Positions 58,967-64,000 of a stretch of DNA of 64,000 nt are shown here, one piece after another (the first letter of the stretch is position 1; every line of letters begins with the position of its first letter). The notes below the pieces were generated by a model. It was not told the DNA's origin. It worked only from the letters and a program-made list of their open reading frames with translations, and searched no databases. The stretch is from an uncultured Pelagibacteraceae bacterium (lineage in GTDB: Bacteria; Pseudomonadota; Alphaproteobacteria; Pelagibacterales; Pelagibacteraceae). The stretch covers positions 6,086 to 70,085 of the forward strand of contig CACIPU010000002.1 of assembly GCA_902588625.1 (NCBI GenBank), read 5' to 3'. A program made the translations under genes and the position numbers.

Positions 58967-59041
58967 TGGCGGTCCCAAGGGGAATCGAACCCCTCTTTCG
59001 AGGATGAAAACCACGTGTCCTAACCGATAGACGATGGGACC
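58967..59041 (-). tRNA. tRNA-Glu (anticodon UUC), encoded CCA
   Basis: Hand-folded from the reverse complement GGTCCCATCGTCTATCGGTTAGGACACGTGGTTTTCATCCTCGAAAGAGGGGTTCGATTCCCCTTGGGACCGCCA. Acceptor GGTCCCA/TGGGACC, anticodon loop TTTTCAT, and T arm GAGGGG?TTCGATT with GGGGTTCGATTCCCC. There is one U-U mismatch in the anticodon stem. Confidence 0.88.
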
Positions 59042-59101
59042 TATTAAATTAAATCTGTATTTATTATATATTAAATGTAGTTTCAATAATCAAAGTTATT
59101 T

Positions 59102-60646
59102 ATGAAAAACCTTAGAGCCGAAATAGAACAAGCTATTAACACCTATAAATCAGGTAATTTAATAAAAACAGAAACAATTACTAAGAAACTTATATCTGAG
59201 AACCCAAAGATAGGCTTTTTATACAATTTGTTAGGACTTACGTTGGTGAGACAAAAACGTATCGAAGAAGCAGAAATAATTTATAAAAAGGGTATTACTG
59301 CAGATCCAAAATTTGCAATGATTTATAATAATTTAGGTATGCTTTATATTAAATATAAATCAAACGAAGCAGATGCTGAAAAATTTTATAAAAAAGCCAT
59401 CGATATAGATCAAAATATATACGAACCTAAAACTAATCTTGGTAATTTATACCATTCAATAAATAAATTTAAAAAATCAATCATGTATCACAAGCTAGCA
59501 ATTGAAACAAATCCAAAAATCCCTTACTCGTATTTAAATTTAGCAAACGTCTATATAACAATAGGTAGTTTTCATTTAGCTGTTAAGCAACTTAAGGAAG
59601 CTATTAAAATAGATTATTATTTTTATCAAGCCCATAGACTTTTAAGTAGAATAATAAAATATACAAAAAAAGAACCTCATTTAAATCAACTAAAAGAACT
59701 TTATCAAAAATTGGGAAATAATTTTAGTGAAGATAAAATGCTTTTGGGTTTTGCTTTGGGTAAAGCTTATGAAGATATTAAAGACTACGACCAATCATTC
59801 AAATATTATAAAAACTCTAATATAATTAATAAATCAAAAAATAAATTTTTCTTGAAAATAGAAAAAGAAAAATTCAGTAAGATAAAAAGTAAATTTAATA
59901 AAGATTTTTTTAAAGAAAAAAGAATAAATGGTTACGAGACCAATAAACCAATATTTATAGTAGGAATGCCACGTTCAGGAACTACGCTGGTTGAACAAAT
60001 AATATCATCACACAAAGATGTTTATGGTGCTGATGAAATCGAGTTATTGCCAAAGATTCTAGATAATTATTTTGGGAAAAATTATGAAAAAATTGATTCA
60101 ATTAATAAAGTTGATTTTAACAAAATGGGAAATGAATATATAGATGAGATGAATCGGGTAAGTGAAGACTCGATTCGTTGTACTGATAAACTACCATATA
60201 ACTTTATTAATATAGGTTTTATTAAATTGATGTTGCCCAAAGCAAAAATTGTTCATTGCTGTAGAAATCCCAAAGATAATATTTTTTCAATTTTTAAAAA
60301 TTATTTTCCAGGAAATAAAATATCATACTCGTCCGATCTAAGCGAAATTGTAGATTATTATAATCTCTATTCAGACTTGATGAATAAATGGAATTTATTA
60401 ATGCCTAACTACATAATAAATATAAAATATGAAGACTTAGTTTTAAATAATAAAAAAGAAGTACTTAAAATTCTAAATTTTTGTGATCTAAATTGGGATG
60501 ACAAATGTCTAAAATTCTATGAAAATACTAGGCCAGTAAAAACAGCTAGCGACATACAGGTTCGTAATAAAATTTATAAAAGTTCGATCAATTCATGGAA
60601 AGATTATAAAAAACATTTAATAAAATTTTTTAATAAGTTAGATTAA
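59102..60646 (+). CDS. TPR-repeat protein fused to a PAPS-type sulfotransferase domain
   Basis: 514 aa. The N-terminal ~200 aa carry TPR repeats. The C-terminal domain has the 5'-PSB loop GMPRSGTTLVEQ and a 3'-PB-like motif (CRNPKDNIFS). Confidence 0.8.
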   Translation: MKNLRAEIEQAINTYKSGNLIKTETITKKLISENPKIGFLYNLLGLTLVRQKRIEEAEIIYKKGITADPKFAMIYNNLGMLYIKYKSNEADAEKFYKKAIDIDQNIYEPKTNLGNLYHSINKFKKSIMYHKLAIETNPKIPYSYLNLANVYITIGSFHLAVKQLKEAIKIDYYFYQAHRLLSRIIKYTKKEPHLNQLKELYQKLGNNFSEDKMLLGFALGKAYEDIKDYDQSFKYYKNSNIINKSKNKFFLKIEKEKFSKIKSKFNKDFFKEKRINGYETNKPIFIVGMPRSGTTLVEQIISSHKDVYGADEIELLPKILDNYFGKNYEKIDSINKVDFNKMGNEYIDEMNRVSEDSIRCTDKLPYNFINIGFIKLMLPKAKIVHCCRNPKDNIFSIFKNYFPGNKISYSSDLSEIVDYYNLYSDLMNKWNLLMPNYIINIKYEDLVLNNKKEVLKILNFCDLNWDDKCLKFYENTRPVKTASDIQVRNKIYKSSINSWKDYKKHLIKFFNKLD

Positions 60647-60665
60647 AATTATAAATATATTTGAA

Positions 60666-61103
60666 ATGAGCACAATTATAAAAATAGGTATAGCTGAACA
60701 AAAAGGAAATGAATTAAAAAATGTTAACTCCATTCTTGTAAAAAAAGGTCAAGGAATAGTTGGTGATCGGCACTTTAAATTTGATAATGACATAAGAGAA
60801 CAAATCACACTTATTGAGCATGAAAATATAATTTTTTTTAATGAATTGAATAAAACTAAGATACAACCTTTAAATTTTAGAAGAAATATAGTTACTCAAA
60901 ATATCAAATTAAATAATCTTGTTGGTAAAGAATTTAGTGTAGGAGATGTTAAATTAAAAGCTCATGATTTATGCAGGCCTTGCAAGTATTTACAAGACAA
61001 ACTCAATCAATACAACTTGGTTAAAGAGCTAATCCACAAAGGTGGTTTAAGATGCGAAATTTTGACTAATGGTAAAATTAATGTAGGTGATATTATAAAA
61101 TAA
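60666..61103 (+). CDS. MOSC domain-containing protein
   Basis: 145 aa with GIVGDRH, a conserved-Cys region (HDLCRPCKYL) and GGLRCEIL. Confidence 0.75.
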   Translation: MSTIIKIGIAEQKGNELKNVNSILVKKGQGIVGDRHFKFDNDIREQITLIEHENIIFFNELNKTKIQPLNFRRNIVTQNIKLNNLVGKEFSVGDVKLKAHDLCRPCKYLQDKLNQYNLVKELIHKGGLRCEILTNGKINVGDIIK

Positions 61104-61108
61104 ATAAA

Positions 61109-62287
61109 ATGATAAATTATATTACAACACCATTTAAATGGTTTTTTAGACTTGAAGCAGCAAGTGGACTTGTTCTTCTGTTTGCTGCTATTGTTGCTTT
61201 ATACTTAAGCAATTCTTTTTTAAGTGATTATTATTTCGATACATTAAATATTCATTTTTTAATTGGTACAGAAAATTTTGGTTTAGATTTAAGTATAATT
61301 CATTGGATAAATGATGTGTTAATGGCTATTTTCTTCTTTGTAGTCACGTTAGAAATTAAAAGAGAATTTATACAAGGAGAATTATCAAAGCCTAAACAGG
61401 CACTTTTGCCAATTATAGGTGCCGTTGGTGGAATGGTAGTCCCTGCCCTCATTTATATAATTATAAATTTAGAAAACGGATACACATTAAGAGGTTGGGC
61501 TATACCGTCCGCAACAGATATTGCTTTTTCAATAGGAGTTTTGTCTCTCCTTGGTACTCGTGTTCCGTTATCATTAAAAGTTTTTCTAGTGGCATTAGCT
61601 ATTATTGATGATTTAGGCGCAATTGTAATTATTGCTTTTTTCTATTCATCCGATCTTCAATATAACTATTTATTACTGATGTTTGTAACGTTTGTTTTTT
61701 TATTAATATTAAATAAACTTGATGTTAAAAAAATTACCCCATATTTAATAGTTGGAATTTTTTTATGGTATTTTACGTTCGGATCTGGAATTCATGCTAC
61801 TATCTCTGGCGTTCTTTTAGCAAGTGTAATTCCACATAAGAGACATGAAAAGGATTTTTCACTTTTATTAAAAATGGAACATCTTTTATCACCATATGTA
61901 GCTTACGGAATCATGCCATTATTTGCATTAGCTAATGCAGGAGTAGTTTTAGAAGGTATGTCTATTTCTACTATGTTATCTCCTGTTCCTTTAGGAATAA
62001 TTTGTGGACTGTTTATTGGTAAGCAGCTAGGAGTTTTTGTGTTCTCTTATATTTCGGTTAAATTAAAAATAGCTGAAATGCCAACAAATTCTAATTGGAT
62101 TAAATTTTATGCTGTAGGCATTTTAACTGGTATAGGTTTTACTATGAGTTTATTTGTAGGAAACTTAGCTTTTGTTGATTATTCAGAGAGTATGAGTGGA
62201 GTTAAAATAGGAGTATTGGTTGGATCCTTTTTATCTGCTCTTATGGGCTACTTTTTACTGTTGCTTGTGACAAAAAAGAAAATATAA
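61109..62287 (+). CDS. nhaA: Na+/H+ antiporter NhaA
   Basis: 392 aa with FFFVVTLEIKRE, WAIPSATDIAF and LAIIDDLGAIVIIA motifs. Confidence 0.95.
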   Translation: MINYITTPFKWFFRLEAASGLVLLFAAIVALYLSNSFLSDYYFDTLNIHFLIGTENFGLDLSIIHWINDVLMAIFFFVVTLEIKREFIQGELSKPKQALLPIIGAVGGMVVPALIYIIINLENGYTLRGWAIPSATDIAFSIGVLSLLGTRVPLSLKVFLVALAIIDDLGAIVIIAFFYSSDLQYNYLLLMFVTFVFLLILNKLDVKKITPYLIVGIFLWYFTFGSGIHATISGVLLASVIPHKRHEKDFSLLLKMEHLLSPYVAYGIMPLFALANAGVVLEGMSISTMLSPVPLGIICGLFIGKQLGVFVFSYISVKLKIAEMPTNSNWIKFYAVGILTGIGFTMSLFVGNLAFVDYSESMSGVKIGVLVGSFLSALMGYFLLLLVTKKKI

Positions 62288-62294
62288 ACTAAAT

Positions 62295-62849
62295 ATGTTT
62301 AATTTATTTAAAAACTCTATAATAATATTAATAATGTCTTTTTTTTCTACAGCATCGTTGGGTAATTACGACAAACTAGCATACGATTTTAATTTTAATG
62401 ATTTAGACGGAAGTATAATAAGTTTTTCTGAATACAAAAATAAGGTAATTATTGTTGTTAACGTAGCTAGTCAATGCGGATTTACATCACAGTATGAAGA
62501 TATGCAGAATATATGGGAAAAATATCAGTCAAAAGGTGTAATCCTAATCGGTGTCCCATCAAATGATTTTGGCAATCAAGAACCAGGCAACAGCAATGAT
62601 ATCAAAACTTTTTGTGAAGCAAAATTTGGCATTAGTTTTCCAATGACCGAAAAAGTATCAGTAAAAGGTGATAAAGCACATCCTTTTTATAAATGGGCAA
62701 AAGAAAATCATGGAAAATCTGCAATACCTAAATGGAATTTTCATAAAATTATTGTCGGTAAAGATGGAAAGGTTTTTGACACTTTTGCATCAATTACTAA
62801 CCCATCTTCAAAAAAATTTATTTCTTCCCTGGAGAAAGCTTTAAATTAA
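62295..62849 (+). CDS. glutathione peroxidase family protein (Cys type) with N-terminal signal peptide
   Basis: 184 aa with VNVASQCGFTSQY, the FPMTEK region and WNFHKI. The catalytic residue is Cys, not Sec. Confidence 0.9.
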   Translation: MFNLFKNSIIILIMSFFSTASLGNYDKLAYDFNFNDLDGSIISFSEYKNKVIIVVNVASQCGFTSQYEDMQNIWEKYQSKGVILIGVPSNDFGNQEPGNSNDIKTFCEAKFGISFPMTEKVSVKGDKAHPFYKWAKENHGKSAIPKWNFHKIIVGKDGKVFDTFASITNPSSKKFISSLEKALN

Positions 62850-63730
62850 CTATTTTCTTTAATAAAGTTTTTAATATAATTTTTCAAGGAGAGTGTTCCA
62901 AAATATTTATATACTTTATTAGAAAGATTCATGTTTGTTAATGCTGATGCGTACCTCTCTCCTCTTCTTTTTTTTAAATACTTAATTTTAATACCAAACA
63001 TCCTAGCAACTTCGATTATGCTGTAGCTTTGATGACTAGCAATACTGTAATGTCTACATAAATTCTTCTTCCAAGCAATATAACAAATCATTACGGTATC
63101 AAAAATATGTGTAAATCTTCTGGATTGTGTTCCAGGTTTTACGACAGGTAAACTTTTTTTATTTTTGTAATATTCTTCAAAAATACCTATAACAGTTGCC
63201 ATTTTTCCTTTACTTATTTGGTGTGGTCCATATACGTTATAAAAATAAATTACTTCGTATTTAAAATTAAACCATTTCTTTAAATTTTCTAAAAGTTCTA
63301 AATTTTTAGCTTTTGTAAATGCATAAGGAGATAAATTTTTATCACTTCCTCTATTTCCTAGAGAAGCAGATGTTGCTGAGTATATGAGTTTGATTTTATA
63401 TTTAAGACAAAAATTAAAAACTGCATTAGTACCGATAGAATTAGAGTTAATACAATCATTCATATTAATAAAACTTTGATAAATTCTAGCAAATTCACCA
63501 AAATGGAAAACGGCATTAATATTTTTATTTTTTTTAATAACTTTAAATATATTTTTAGTTTCTGCTTTAATATACAAAACTCTTTTATTTTTGATATGAT
63601 TTTTTTTAAGACCTGAAGAATAATTATCAATACTGATAATTTTGTATTTTGTCTTTGAGATTAGCAATTTAATTAAATTTGTTCCAACAAAACCTGCCCC
63701 TCCAGTAATAATAATTGTATCTTTTTTCAT
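62846..63730 (-). CDS. NAD-dependent sugar epimerase/dehydratase (SDR family)
   Basis: 294 aa with the Rossmann motif ITGGAGFVGTNL and the catalytic YxxxK (SPYAFTKAK). Confidence 0.85.
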   Translation of the reverse strand: MKKDTIIITGGAGFVGTNLIKLLISKTKYKIISIDNYSSGLKKNHIKNKRVLYIKAETKNIFKVIKKNKNINAVFHFGEFARIYQSFINMNDCINSNSIGTNAVFNFCLKYKIKLIYSATSASLGNRGSDKNLSPYAFTKAKNLELLENLKKWFNFKYEVIYFYNVYGPHQISKGKMATVIGIFEEYYKNKKSLPVVKPGTQSRRFTHIFDTVMICYIAWKKNLCRHYSIASHQSYSIIEVARMFGIKIKYLKKRRGERYASALTNMNLSNKVYKYFGTLSLKNYIKNFIKENS

Positions 63731-63732
63731 TT

Positions 63733-64000
63733 CTATAAATTTATTTTTAAACCATCATAAGCAGGTAGTACATTTTTTGGCAATTTTCGCAATAGAAAAT
63801 TATAATCTAAATCAGAGTGCAAATTTGTAAGTATAGTCTTTTTTGGTTTTAATACTTTAGAAATATATAAAGCCTCTTCAAAATTAAAATGCGTTGGATG
63901 ATTATCAAATCTTAAACAATCAAGTATTAAACAATTTAAATTTTTAAGCATTTTTTGTTTTACTATCGAATAGTCTTTGCAATCACTGATATATGCAACT
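63733..64000 (-). CDS. metallo-beta-lactamase-fold hydrolase (PhnP-like), C-terminal part; N-terminus beyond the window edge
   Basis: The track ORF starts at an internal Met. Hand translation shows the frame stays open upstream to base 64000 (...VAYISDCKDYSIVKQKMLKNLNCLILDC...HPTHF...TNLH). This fits the C-terminal half of an MBL hydrolase. Confidence 0.6.
   Translation of the reverse strand, partial: VAYISDCKDYSIVKQKMLKNLNCLILDCLRFDNHPTHFNFEEALYISKVLKPKKTILTNLHSDLDYNFLLRKLPKNVLPAYDGLKINL

Larger units (their letters stand above)
52999..59041. mobile_element. putative integrase-associated genomic island carrying cell-surface glycosylation genes, abutting the 3' end of tRNA-Glu
   Basis: There is an abrupt change from wall-to-wall core genes to a 396-nt gene-free spacer. 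It is followed by a phage-like small ORF, a tyrosine recombinase, a methyltransferase, two glycosyltransferases and a GIY-YIG protein. The glycosyltransferase genes are visibly more AT-rich, and the tRNA 3' end faces the island. I found no flanking direct repeat by eye. Confidence 0.45.

Noticed and set aside
58847-59086. 79-aa minus-strand ORF spanning tRNA-Glu
   Set aside because: It overlaps the tRNA-Glu gene and the GIY-YIG start, has no motif support and is spurious.

Overview
The window is very AT-rich and tightly packed. Most genes are separated by 0-50 nt or overlap by 1-4 nt. It contains no rRNA, CRISPR array, IS element or transposase. Gene content and style suggest a streamlined marine alphaproteobacterium of the Pelagibacterales (SAR11) type; this is inference, as nothing could be searched. 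Supporting genes include soxBDAG sarcosine oxidase, H+-pyrophosphatase, metY, the nrdR-rib-nusB operon, gatCAB and a bamE/rpmF/plsX/ihfA/merR block. About 53 kb (1-52998) is core housekeeping: topA, the pyrB operon, gatCAB, soxBDAG, dapA, smpB, folK, spoT, pyrE, pdxJ-acpS-lepB-rnc-recO, hemB, rpiB-glyA-nrdR-rib-nusB, hppA, metY, rplM-rpsI, argC, hom, glpX, recJ and three transporters. I hand-called three tRNAs: Ser-GCU, Pro-UGG and Glu-UUC. I also hand-called two genes missing from the ORF track: edge-truncated topA and the 59-codon rpmF. The main accessory region is 52999-59041, possibly extending to 60646. It starts with a 396-nt gene-free spacer and a small phage-like HDHxW protein. Next comes a Cre-type tyrosine recombinase with a perfect 10-7-10 lox-like inverted repeat between its promoter and its ATG. 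After that come an FkbM methyltransferase, a GT9, a 711-aa two-module glycosyltransferase and a GIY-YIG protein, ending at the 3' end of tRNA-Glu; a TPR-sulfotransferase lies just beyond. Other points worth a second look: the pyrB-linked dihydroorotase has lost its Zn ligands (PyrC'-type), and ribBA has a degenerate GTP cyclohydrolase II half (ribBX-type). A TrmR-like O-methyltransferase is translationally coupled to TrhO behind gatCAB. The metY leader is a SAM-V riboswitch candidate. One divergent gene pair has back-to-back start codons, and several convergent pairs have interlocked stop codons. I found no defence system, toxin-antitoxin pair or CRISPR array that I could support.
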